A stretch of 64,000 nt of DNA from Nitrospirales bacterium (GCA_965223295.1 CBDCWC010000002.1:512001-576000); one strand, 5' to 3'. Positions 9,629 to 18,496 are shown, numbered from the stretch's first letter. Numbers and translations: made by a program. The notes: generated by a model from the letters alone, not told the origin.

Positions 9629-10252
9629 ATGTTCAATGTTTACTCGAAACCTTCTATTCAAAAATCCTTGGTTGTATTTGGGTTGTGGTGTGGTCTGATT
9701 CTTTTCCCTGCATCCGTTCAATCTGCCGAAACGTTGAAATGGGATGCGAATACTGAAACAGATTTAGCTGGATACATTCTTTATCAAGGTATAACAGAAG
9801 GGTCCTATGAAACTCCGATAGATGTCGGGAATGTCACAAGTTACACGGTGTCGGATCTTGAACCTGGTATGACTTACTATTTTGCGGTCACGGCTTATGA
9901 TACAGGTGGGAACGAAAGTGGTCCTTCCAATGAAGTGAGTGTATACAATGCGGCTGCCACTTCTCAGCTATCAGTATCTGTGAGTGGTAATGGCATTGTT
10001 GTTAGCAATCCCGGTGGAATCCGTTGTGCAAGTGGCATTTGTTCCGCTTCCTATGAGACTGGTAGCGTCATTTCGTTAACACCTGAAGCCAGTCATAAGT
10101 GGAGTTTTTCTGGTTGGACTGGCGCATGTAGTGGAAGTGGGGAGTGTGTGGTTCAGCTGTCGAAAGACCAGGTTGTGGAGGCTATTTTTTCTAAGACTAG
10201 TCCTGGAGGGGGAGGGAAAGGCGGTGGAAGAGGCGGTGGGCGAAATAAGTGA
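9629..10252 (+). CDS. secreted FN3 + divergent InlB B-repeat-like domain protein, paralog of the 5862 gene N-terminus
   Basis: GGAGG RBS; signal peptide and FN3 closely match the 5862 gene; LSVSVSGNGIVVSNPGGIRC..FSGWTGACSG..CVV; Gly/Lys/Arg-rich tail. Confidence 0.85.
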   Translation: MFNVYSKPSIQKSLVVFGLWCGLILFPASVQSAETLKWDANTETDLAGYILYQGITEGSYETPIDVGNVTSYTVSDLEPGMTYYFAVTAYDTGGNESGPSNEVSVYNAAATSQLSVSVSGNGIVVSNPGGIRCASGICSASYETGSVISLTPEASHKWSFSGWTGACSGSGECVVQLSKDQVVEAIFSKTSPGGGGKGGGRGGGRNK

Positions 10253-10525
10253 ATTCTTTGAAGAGAGATCATGGTCGAATTGCAACGGATTGTTAAGGAA
10301 AATGTTTTCACGAAAGCGTAAAAATGAAATTGCCTTGTGCACGAGTAGAGGTACCCTTGTCTAGTCGACTTCGTTTTTCTAGACCTGACCGTTCCTATTT
10401 TATTTTCATAATCTTTCTATAAAATTTATCGTAGAATCATTCAGGAGGGCTTAAAGAGTTTGAATGTCTATTACGTCTTTTGGCGGGTAGCAATGTGAAC
10501 AATTAACGTCTAATCTTGAGGGTGA

Positions 10526-10593
10526 ACGCACATCCTCCTGTGTGTGGCCAGAGGAAGGTTGATTTCGATCAATCGGCCTCTGGCCATTTTTTT
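10526..10593 (+). ncRNA. candidate small RNA 3' module (anti-SD loop hairpin + intrinsic terminator)
   Basis: ACGCACA-TCCTCC-TGTGTGT, then TGGCCAGAGG..CCTCTGGCCA-T7, about 270 bp from any gene end. Confidence 0.4.
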
Positions 10594-10805
10594 ATCCTGC
10601 CGACCTGTCTTTCCTGCCCTAACTAACTTTGGAAAATGATCTACAATCATTCATGCTTCTCAGCCCCATAAGCATCAGAGGACAGACGCAAGTGAACTCA
10701 TCACACCCTCATAGTGCTCGTGGCTTCATGAAAGTAAATCCCTAGGTGGCGGTAGGATCTTAGCTAGATAGAAGAGCAAAATTTGAAAATAGTCCTATGG
10801 GCGGG

Positions 10806-10834
10806 TTGGAAAGAAGGTAGAGGGGCAATATGCT
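10806..10834 (+). promoter_or_regulatory. sigma70-like promoter upstream of STAS gene leader
   Basis: TTGGAA-N17-TATGCT. Confidence 0.45.
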
Positions 10835-10870
10835 CTGAAAATACATTCCTTTTATACCCATATATAGATG

Positions 10871-10912
10871 GGGGCTGCTTGGATAGAGCTATATTCAGGT
10901 GGCTCCTTTTTT
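10871..10912 (+). terminator. intrinsic terminator in the leader of the STAS gene
   Basis: GGGGCTGCTTGGA..TTCAGGTGGCTCC followed by T6. Confidence 0.55.
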
Positions 10913-10933
10913 ATTGCAGGAAGGAATAATACA

Positions 10934-11287
10934 ATGCCAAAGAAAGAACATGTCATGCGTTGGAGTTTCCAAGTCTTCCCACATGCCATTCTCATTCGAA
11001 TCTTTGGAGTTATGGATCAAACATTAAGTCAGATGTTCGAAGAGGCTACGGAACGTGCGATGAAATTCAATGATCGACAAGTGGTGATTGACTTTTCTGA
11101 TGTTGAAGCTGTGGATCCTATCGGGCTGGTGCTCTGTGGGTATGGCCTCCATCATTTTCAACAACTCAGCATTCCTGTAGCACTGGTACGACCTCCTGCT
11201 TCTCTCCTTCCTGTTTTGAAGGAACATGGTTTGCCTGAAATTCCTCAAGTGTTCCAACAAAAAGAGCTTGTAACTGGGCGTAATTAA
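10934..11287 (+). CDS. STAS-domain (anti-sigma factor antagonist-like) protein
   Basis: IRIFGVMD..VVIDFSDVEAVDPIGL STAS signature; AGGAAGG RBS before ATG 10934. Confidence 0.7.
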   Translation: MPKKEHVMRWSFQVFPHAILIRIFGVMDQTLSQMFEEATERAMKFNDRQVVIDFSDVEAVDPIGLVLCGYGLHHFQQLSIPVALVRPPASLLPVLKEHGLPEIPQVFQQKELVTGRN

Positions 11288-11340
11288 TCTCTTGACTTAG
11301 TTATTCAAGAAATATTGAAAAGCCTGAAGTTTGTCAAAAA

Positions 11341-11374
11341 AAAGCGGGACTTGGCTGAAGCCAAGTCCCGCTTT
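11341..11374. terminator. bidirectional intrinsic terminator between STAS gene and htpX
   Basis: AAAGCGGGACTTGGC-TGAA-GCCAAGTCCCGCTTT with flanking A/T runs. Confidence 0.85.
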
Positions 11375-11396
11375 CTAAGCTAATTATTAACAGGTT

Positions 11397-12281
11397 TTAA
11401 AGTCGTCGTAATGCCTCTATTCGATCTTCGATGGGAGGATGTGTGGAGAAAAGCTGCATGAAACTTTGGGATTGTCCAGAAATTTTCATGGTGGCTAACG
11501 CATCCTGAGAACTATATTCAAACTGAGCACGCTGCACCCATCGGTCAATGCCCTCGAGGGCGGAAATCATATATTGGCTTCCGACGGTATTTGCCGCAAA
11601 ACGATCCGCTGCGAATTCCCGTCTTCTTGACCACCAGCTAATGGGGATCATAGCCAAGAAGGAGAGGATAATTTGCAGGAAGATATAGGAAGCAAATCCG
11701 AGCATTGCGTTGCGCTCAGCAATCTGTCGATACACCATCCGACTGATAAAATAGACAAACGTATTCATGAGCCCGGCAAGGACTGTTGTGGTAAACATAT
11801 CGCCGTTATAGACATGGCCCATTTCATGGGCGATCACGGCCCTCACTTCTCCCTCATTTAAATAGTTCATGAGCCCTGTTGAAACGGCAACCATGGAGTT
11901 GTTTTTTGAAGGTCCAGTCGCAAAAGCATTGGGGTCGGGGGAGTCATAGATCCAGACTTCCGGCATGGTGATATCTAACTTTGCGGAAATCTTTTGAACC
12001 GTTTCATAGAGCATGACTTCTGCCTGAGTACGTGGTTCGGTGATTTGCCTACAGTCAATGAAAGCTCTGGCCATTTGCTTAGAAAAGGCTAAGCTAATAA
12101 ATGCTCCACCGAACCCTAAGACAAAGGCCCATAATAAGTCTTGCTGAGCGATAGATCCTCGGAGGTCAATGCCAAAAGCCGGAAGGACAAATTCTGACAA
12201 GACCGTAAAAGAAATAGATAGGGTGATGAAAATAAGGATATTGGCGACCAGTAACAACCCAATTCCTTTAAGCTTTTTCAT
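11397..12281 (-). CDS. htpX: zinc metalloprotease HtpX
   Basis: PNAFATG, HEMGH (HExxH), SRRREFAAD, FSTHPPIEDRI; GAGGAG RBS. Confidence 0.93.
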   Translation of the reverse strand: MKKLKGIGLLLVANILIFITLSISFTVLSEFVLPAFGIDLRGSIAQQDLLWAFVLGFGGAFISLAFSKQMARAFIDCRQITEPRTQAEVMLYETVQKISAKLDITMPEVWIYDSPDPNAFATGPSKNNSMVAVSTGLMNYLNEGEVRAVIAHEMGHVYNGDMFTTTVLAGLMNTFVYFISRMVYRQIAERNAMLGFASYIFLQIILSFLAMIPISWWSRRREFAADRFAANTVGSQYMISALEGIDRWVQRAQFEYSSQDALATMKISGQSQSFMQLFSTHPPIEDRIEALRRL

Positions 12282-12345
12282 AGACAATCTCCTCTAGATT
12301 GATTAAACGCATCGGTGATCTTCCCCTATAACATCGGACACAGCG

Positions 12346-13200
12346 TTAAGCTACCCGTTCAAATACAATCGGGATCTGCTGTCCAATAGCCGAATGCCTT
12401 CTCCGGCGATTGTAATACGTTTCAATATACTCAAAAATACTGATCTTCGCCGTCTGTCGCGTCGGGTACGGCACTCGATGAATCAGTTCGACTTTCAGTG
12501 TATGGAAGAAACTCTCTGTGACGGCGTTATCATAACAAGTCGCTCGTCGTCCCATGCTACAACGCAACTGACTGTTTGCAATCAATTGTTGATAGCGTGT
12601 TGAGCAATACTGGCTTCCACGATCAGAGTGGAGGATGGTGCCTTTGGGAAAGCCACGACGGAACAACGCCATGCTTAGGGCATCACATACCAGTTGTTGC
12701 GTCATGCGTTGGTTCATCGACCACCCTACAATCGCTCGTGAATACAAATCCATCACGACCGCGAGATAGAGCCAACCCTCGTGCGTCCACACATAGGTGA
12801 TGTCACTGGTCCACTTCTGATTTGGGGCCTCAGCCCGAAAGTCCTGTTCCAGCAGATCGGGGGCGACTGGGTTGGAGTGTTTCGAGTTGGTTGTGGCTTT
12901 AAATTTCTTCGCCTGAATCGCTTTGAGTCCCAGAGCCTGCATTCGTCGGGCCACGCGATGCTCGCTACACTTGCGGCCCTCATGGTGTAAAGTCTTCGTG
13001 ATCCGTGGCGCGCCATACCGTTGGCGGTGCTCAGTAAAGATTTCGCGTATCCGTCGATCAAGTTGATGATTCGAGTGCTCCGGCGGACTCTGGCCACGTG
13101 CGGCCCAGTCATAATAGCCACTGCGAGAGACGTTCAGAACCCCACACATGAGGGTGACAGGCCAGGCCTTCTTCTGTTTCTCGATGAATCGATACCTCAT
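12346..13200 (-). CDS. IS3 transposase OrfB (DDE integrase core)
   Basis: WTSDITY, HSDRGSQY, DNAVTESFF; RYGAPRI HTH_21 region. Confidence 0.95.
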   Translation of the reverse strand: MRYRFIEKQKKAWPVTLMCGVLNVSRSGYYDWAARGQSPPEHSNHQLDRRIREIFTEHRQRYGAPRITKTLHHEGRKCSEHRVARRMQALGLKAIQAKKFKATTNSKHSNPVAPDLLEQDFRAEAPNQKWTSDITYVWTHEGWLYLAVVMDLYSRAIVGWSMNQRMTQQLVCDALSMALFRRGFPKGTILHSDRGSQYCSTRYQQLIANSQLRCSMGRRATCYDNAVTESFFHTLKVELIHRVPYPTRQTAKISIFEYIETYYNRRRRHSAIGQQIPIVFERVA

Positions 13201-13493
13201 GTGGGTTCCTTGGCAAAGAAGGCCGTGGCTTTTTTTAAGATGTCTCGCTCCATCCGAAGGCGCCGGTTCTCAACTTCGAGCTCATAGATCCGCTGTTGCT
13301 CAGCGGTGCGTTTCCCTTGGCCAGGAAAGGCTTCCGCTTTATGAGTATCCAGTTCATCCTTCCACCGCCTAATCATACCCCCACTTACGTCTAAACTACG
13401 GCCGGCGGCCGCATAACTGTACCCATGCTCTACAACTAACGCCACCGCTTCGTACTTAAATTCTGGACTGTGATACCTACGTAATCGCTTCAT
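13197..13493 (-). CDS. IS3 transposase OrfA (HTH + leucine zipper)
   Basis: PEFKYEAV..ENRRLRMERDILKKATAFF. An A7G slippery site (13230-13236, minus strand) puts OrfB in the -1 frame. Confidence 0.93.
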   Translation of the reverse strand: MKRLRRYHSPEFKYEAVALVVEHGYSYAAAGRSLDVSGGMIRRWKDELDTHKAEAFPGQGKRTAEQQRIYELEVENRRLRMERDILKKATAFFAKEPT

Positions 13494-13770
13494 TCAATAC
13501 CTCGTTTCGAATTATTATATAATTCTTAACTCGGTGTCCGATATTCCATGGGAAGATCACGGTAACCGACGGTGTTTGATCCTCAAATATCATATAAATG
13601 AACGAATAGTGGTTGTACGACATAGGAAGCGAAGGTGATCGTATACTTTAACTTTTACCTGCTCGTACATAAAAGATAACCATGAAAACGGGAAAGTCAA
13701 GAATGTGAATGAGATGACCATTCTTTGTGGAATCGTTATGATAGCTCTATAATTTCTCAAAACCTCTCTG

Positions 13771-14193
13771 ATGCGACCTTCTTCCTATTATACACGATTT
13801 TTTCTTGGAATGGTCTTGTCCGCTTTCTTCTGGAGCTCAGAAAATCAAACACATGCGCAAGAACCCTTTCAAGAGGGTGCCCGATCAAGTCGGCTACAGA
13901 TTTTGATTAGTATGGAAAGTTATGTCTTTACGCCTTCTGAAACTGTGGTAGGTGCTGGACAGTCGTTAGCGCTGATCTTACACAATCAGTCGTTCCTGGT
14001 CCCCCATAATTTTTTGTTGGATGATCCTCACGGGGTGCGCGTACTAGAAGCTGACCTTTCCAGTGGGGAAAGTCAGACTCATGTCCTGACGTTGACGGAG
14101 CCGGGGGTCTATTCCTTTTATTGTGACAAACAATTACTGTTTTTCCCAAGTCATCGTGAAGAAGGTATGGAAGGTCGTCTCATCGTTCAGTAA
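13771..14193 (+). CDS. cupredoxin-domain protein
   Basis: YVFTPSE, PHNF, PGVYSFYC..H..GMEG type-1 copper ligands. Confidence 0.85.
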   Translation: MRPSSYYTRFFLGMVLSAFFWSSENQTHAQEPFQEGARSSRLQILISMESYVFTPSETVVGAGQSLALILHNQSFLVPHNFLLDDPHGVRVLEADLSSGESQTHVLTLTEPGVYSFYCDKQLLFFPSHREEGMEGRLIVQ

Positions 14194-14196
14194 CGT

Positions 14197-15237
14197 ATGT
14201 CCCTGTCTCCATCTGACCGACTGCTGTTGGGAGACGTGCTCAAGGGCGTTTCCCGTTCTTTCTATCTGACTCTCGCCATTTTGCCTCAAGCTGTTCGTGC
14301 TCAAATTGGGTTAGCGTATCTGTTTGCGCGTGCCGCTGATACGATTGCCGATACAGGCGATTTAGATAATAGTGTGCGATTACAGTGTTTACAGAAATTG
14401 AAACAACAATTTAGAAATGAAACTCCTACTTGGCCGCATATTCAAAAAATCCAAGCGCAGGTCATTACAAAACAATCCGATCCAGATGAACGTCGGCTCT
14501 TAGAAAAACTCGAGCAATGTTTTCGGCTGTATCAAGGGGCGACCAGTTCTGATCAGTTTCAGATTGGACAGGTGGTATCCACGCTTATTGGTGGAATGGA
14601 ATTTGATTTGCAACAATTTCATCAAGGTGATGAAGGAACGGTTAGAGCTTTAGCGGATATCCCTGACTTTGAATATTATACTTATGCCGTAGCTGGTTGT
14701 GTGGGGGAGTTCTGGACAAAAATGATGTGTGCCCATCTCTCAGGAATGCGGTCTTGGAATCTGGCCCACATGATCCCGTTGGGGATTCGTTATGGGAAGG
14801 GACTTCAAATGATCAATATTCTTCGAGACTTACCTCGGGATTTGCAAAATGGGCGGTGTTATATCCCGCAAGTCCTCCTCAAAAAACATAATCTTTCACC
14901 TGAGCAACTTCTCAGTCCAGCATCGGCTCAGGCTTTTCGACCAGTGTTTCGACAATTGATTCAAGAGGCGAGGGAGCATTTGGATCAAGGTTGGCGATAT
15001 ACAATGGAGATTCCCCGCTTGGAAATTCGTTTGCGCTTGGCTTGTATGTGGCCTTTGTTAATTGGAATTCGCACCTTGCAAGCCCTCTCGATGAGCCCTC
15101 ATTTCCTCAATCCTGAATCGCCTATTAAGGTTACACGTCGTGATGTCTATGGAATTGTGGCTGCAACGGGAATCACAGGAGGTTGTCGCTCTCTGGGGGC
15201 AGCGTATTGGGGGTACTGGCGGAAACGGATTGTCTAA
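14197..15237 (+). CDS. squalene/phytoene synthase family protein
   Basis: VSRSF, RAADTIAD, YAVAGCVG, GLQMINILRDL..D..GRCYIP. Confidence 0.9.
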   Translation: MSLSPSDRLLLGDVLKGVSRSFYLTLAILPQAVRAQIGLAYLFARAADTIADTGDLDNSVRLQCLQKLKQQFRNETPTWPHIQKIQAQVITKQSDPDERRLLEKLEQCFRLYQGATSSDQFQIGQVVSTLIGGMEFDLQQFHQGDEGTVRALADIPDFEYYTYAVAGCVGEFWTKMMCAHLSGMRSWNLAHMIPLGIRYGKGLQMINILRDLPRDLQNGRCYIPQVLLKKHNLSPEQLLSPASAQAFRPVFRQLIQEAREHLDQGWRYTMEIPRLEIRLRLACMWPLLIGIRTLQALSMSPHFLNPESPIKVTRRDVYGIVAATGITGGCRSLGAAYWGYWRKRIV

Positions 15238-15242
15238 ATGCT

Positions 15243-15521
15243 TTATTCTTGTTTGGGGCCCAGGAGCTTTTCCCCTTTACGGAATACGCCATAAATAGCT
15301 TGAGTGGGACAGGCATCCAGGCAGAGTCGGCAGGATTCCAAGCATCGGGAAGAATCAAATTTGTAGGGAGGGGTTGAAAGCCAGGACCCGGTTGGACATA
15401 CCGGAATGCAAATCCCATTATGGGTGCAGCGGTCGGGGTTTCTGAGTAAATGATCTCTTCTTACCATCATGGGGCTGACTCCTTCAAATAAAGCTCCAGA
15501 AAACATTTCTAACATATTCAT
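15243..15521 (-). CDS. dicluster ferredoxin-like protein
   Basis: CTHNGICIPVCP and CLESCRLCLDACP motifs. Confidence 0.8.
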   Translation of the reverse strand: MNMLEMFSGALFEGVSPMMVRRDHLLRNPDRCTHNGICIPVCPTGSWLSTPPYKFDSSRCLESCRLCLDACPTQAIYGVFRKGEKLLGPKQE

Positions 15522-15955
15522 GAGCGAGGCCCTTCATGATCCCACTGATTAACTAATTTTCGAATATGGGATTTGAGTTCAGGAATACGTTCAAGGTTAT
15601 TATCGATGGCATTCATAATGTTTTTCAAACGTGCTGCTCGTCCAGCTTCTCGATCAGCTTCTGTGAGCCGGTCGTATTCATGAAAGGCTTCAGCATGTGT
15701 TGATTCAAGCTGTGGGCGTGCGGCTAAAAGGCCCGCAGTCACCATTTGAGGTTCGGTATGCACCGGAGGCGTCACAATAAATTTTCCCTGAGAAAGGAGT
15801 AACACGGTATGGAGGTCTTGCTCCGGAATGGGAATAACCTGTTCAATGGTCGAGCCGATGCTCTTGTCCCATGATGAGACCCATCCGGGGAAGGTTTGTA
15901 AGTATGCCACTTTTTCTAAGTTGGCTTGCCATTTGGCTTCATTGGTCATGAGCAA
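15518..15955 (-). CDS. hypothetical protein
   Basis: 145-aa ORF with ATGA overlap to the ferredoxin gene; operon-like context. Confidence 0.7.
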   Translation of the reverse strand: MLMTNEAKWQANLEKVAYLQTFPGWVSSWDKSIGSTIEQVIPIPEQDLHTVLLLSQGKFIVTPPVHTEPQMVTAGLLAARPQLESTHAEAFHEYDRLTEADREAGRAARLKNIMNAIDNNLERIPELKSHIRKLVNQWDHEGPRS

Positions 15956-15991
15956 GATCGTTAGGACTTGTCAGTCAGTAAGTATAAGATA

Positions 15992-16336
15992 TTACGATTT
16001 GACCAATGGGAGGGAGCCATTTTTTCCAGGCATGAGGAGCCGTTCCACAATTTCCCCTTTGCCGATGTGCCGTTCCATAATTTCAGTGACATCGGCTTGG
16101 CTGCCAACCCAGTACCAGACACCTTCTGGGTAAATGACGACACTCGGTCCATATTCGCATTGATCAAGACAGCCAGCTTTATTGGCACGCACGATGCCTT
16201 TTAAGCCTAAACGCTCAACCTCTTTTTTAAAAAAGGCATGCAACCCGATAGATCCCAGTGCGGCACAACATCCTCTGGGATCTCCCTTAGGCCGTTCATT
16301 CAGGCAGATAAAAATATGGTGAGTAAATTTACTCAT
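15992..16336 (-). CDS. thioredoxin-like [2Fe-2S] ferredoxin
   Basis: HIFICLNER..CC..GCLDQCEYGPSVVIYPEGVWY. Confidence 0.9.
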   Translation of the reverse strand: MSKFTHHIFICLNERPKGDPRGCCAALGSIGLHAFFKKEVERLGLKGIVRANKAGCLDQCEYGPSVVIYPEGVWYWVGSQADVTEIMERHIGKGEIVERLLMPGKNGSLPLVKS

Positions 16337-16528
16337 TTTGAAGCAAATTCATTGATTATTTTCAGGAATTTTCCGATAAAGAACTGAGGCAATCTTACCT
16401 GAGCATTCAGGAAGCTGTCTAGGAGAGAAACACATGGGCGCACAGGTGTTCTCGACACGTTGGTCGGGACGGCAGCTGAGGTAGTTGTCAGGACATCGTA
16501 TCTTAGAACATGGGAAAGGAGTCTAGCC

Positions 16529-17635
16529 ATGGTGATTGGCGTTCCCAAAGAAATTAAAGATCATGAATTTCGAGTGGCCCTGACCCCTTCAGGGGTGAAG
16601 GAGCTCTGTGGACGAGGTCACCGTGTGGTTGTACAACAAGAGGCTGGAGTTGGGAGTGGCTTTGAGGATCGGGCATATCATGAAGCAGGGGCTGTGATGG
16701 TATCCACCGCTCAAGAGGTCTTTGGGGCGGCACAGCTTATTGTGAAGGTGAAGGAGCCTCAGCCCGAAGAGGTCCTATTGTTGAAAAGTCATCATGTGGT
16801 ATTTACCTATCTGCATTTGGCTGCATCAAAAGTTCTGACTGAAAGCCTGTTAAGGAGCGGGTGTACAGCCATTGCGTATGAAACGACAGAAGATAAACAA
16901 GGCCAATTCCCGCTGTTGCGACCGATGAGTGAAATTGCCGGTCGGATGTCAGTACAAATCGGCGCTCATTTTCTGGAAAAATTGCAGGGTGGCTCAGGGA
17001 CCATGTTAGGAGGCGTTCCTGGTGTTCCGCCAGGAGAAGTCCTGGTCCTTGGCTCAGGCGTTGTGGGGTCTTCGGCCATTGCAATTGCGGTCGGCATGGG
17101 AGCCAGGGTCACGGTGTTAAGCCTGGATCTCTGGCAGATGCGGGCGTTGGATGCGCAATACCAGAATCGTATCGTGACTGTGGCGTCCACTCAAGCCATG
17201 ATACATGAGTATCTCAGACGTGCGGATTTGGTGATAGGGTCGGTCTACTTACCAGCAGCACGAACACCTCGAGTGATTACGCGATCGATGGTTGCAGATA
17301 TGAAGCCGGGTTCTGTCCTTGTCGATGTCTCTGTCGATCAAGGCGGTTGCGCGGAGACCACTCGTCCGACGACTCATACCGATCCTGTTTTTGTAGTTGA
17401 TGGTGTGCTTCATTATGCCGTTTCGAATATTCCGGGTATTGTCCCCTATACCTCTACCCTAGCCTTGACCAACGCCACGCTTCCTTTTATAGTCCAGCTG
17501 GTTGAAGGAGGGTTGGAAGAGGCGATTAAGGCCAATAAAGGCTTGCGCAAAGGCGTCAGTATCTTTAAAGGCCAATTAACCTGCCAAGCTGTTGCTGAAA
17601 CACATGGATTGGCTGCGCAGTCTCTGATCCTCTAA
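16529..17635 (+). CDS. ald: alanine dehydrogenase
   Basis: IGVPKEIKDHEFRV, FTYLHLAA, PMSEIAGR, VDQGGC; AAGGAG RBS. Confidence 0.95.
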   Translation: MVIGVPKEIKDHEFRVALTPSGVKELCGRGHRVVVQQEAGVGSGFEDRAYHEAGAVMVSTAQEVFGAAQLIVKVKEPQPEEVLLLKSHHVVFTYLHLAASKVLTESLLRSGCTAIAYETTEDKQGQFPLLRPMSEIAGRMSVQIGAHFLEKLQGGSGTMLGGVPGVPPGEVLVLGSGVVGSSAIAIAVGMGARVTVLSLDLWQMRALDAQYQNRIVTVASTQAMIHEYLRRADLVIGSVYLPAARTPRVITRSMVADMKPGSVLVDVSVDQGGCAETTRPTTHTDPVFVVDGVLHYAVSNIPGIVPYTSTLALTNATLPFIVQLVEGGLEEAIKANKGLRKGVSIFKGQLTCQAVAETHGLAAQSLIL

Positions 17636-17666
17636 ATTCATCTGAGTTCATTGGTATGGCAGTGAT

Positions 17667-17744
<78 letters not shown>

Positions 17745-17826
17745 TTCACCTTCCCGTTATTTGCTCGTTCTTCAGAGTGGGTTTCATTTTTTTTCATTCA
17801 ATACATACATAGATTCCAGAAATGCG

Positions 17827-18477
17827 ATGAATGAACTTGGCTTCATCATGAGCGGTGTGAGTTTGCTCGTTGCTATCGTGGCATGCTGGCTAACCTGGCG
17901 ATTGCGGCGAGAGTTATCTGATAGTAAACGAGAACGGTATTATTTGGAGCAAAAAGTCAAATCGCTGATTGCTCACATTGAATCGACCGTCGAGACGTTG
18001 CGGATTCAGACTGCACTGTTAGCTCAGGGGAAGAATGTGTCTCATTGTCTCATTCGGTCGGGCCAGTTGTATCATGAAATTTCTGCGAACGAGGCCAAAG
18101 AGTTCTTAACGAAGTCTTCGCAGTCTGAACACGTTCTATGGCTGGATGTTCGTACGACGGCTGAGTTTTCTCAACGGCATATTGCTGGAGCTATCGTCAT
18201 TCCTATTGAAGAATTGGAGACGCGTTATCGAACAGAAATTTCGCCAGCGATTGAAAAAATTGTGGTTTATTGTGTGGGTGGGGATCGAAGCCGGCTCGCA
18301 TGTGATTTTTTAAGCCGACATGATTTTTGCAATGTGTATTATATGAAAGATGGGTTACAAGCCTGGACAGGGCCTACCGAAGGCAATGAACCCAGGGGAT
18401 TGATTCAGATAACGTCAAAGGCACGGGCTTCAGCTCATGTCGGCGAGACCATATCCTCATCGGCTCATTCGATTTGA
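17827..18477 (+). CDS. membrane-anchored rhodanese-domain protein
   Basis: N-terminal TM helix, coiled coil, LDVRT..EF..HIAGA, VVYCVGGDRS active-site Cys. Confidence 0.8.
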   Translation: MNELGFIMSGVSLLVAIVACWLTWRLRRELSDSKRERYYLEQKVKSLIAHIESTVETLRIQTALLAQGKNVSHCLIRSGQLYHEISANEAKEFLTKSSQSEHVLWLDVRTTAEFSQRHIAGAIVIPIEELETRYRTEISPAIEKIVVYCVGGDRSRLACDFLSRHDFCNVYYMKDGLQAWTGPTEGNEPRGLIQITSKARASAHVGETISSSAHSI

Positions 18478-18496
18478 CAGGAGATCATTCAGTTCC

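Larger units (their letters stand above)
12316..13559 (-). mobile_element. IS3-family insertion sequence, apparently intact (1244 bp)
   Basis: Inverted repeats TGATCTTCCC..ATCGGACAC..GTTAAG / CTTAAC..GTGTCCGAT..GGGAAGATCA; 3-bp target duplication CGG (12313-12315, 13560-13562); orfA/orfB. Confidence 0.95.

Noticed and set aside
16400-16528. Hairpin-rich ald leader with GGAGAG as a glycine riboswitch
   Set aside because: Lacks the CCGAAG and CUCAGG elements; the hairpins are short and could be chance.
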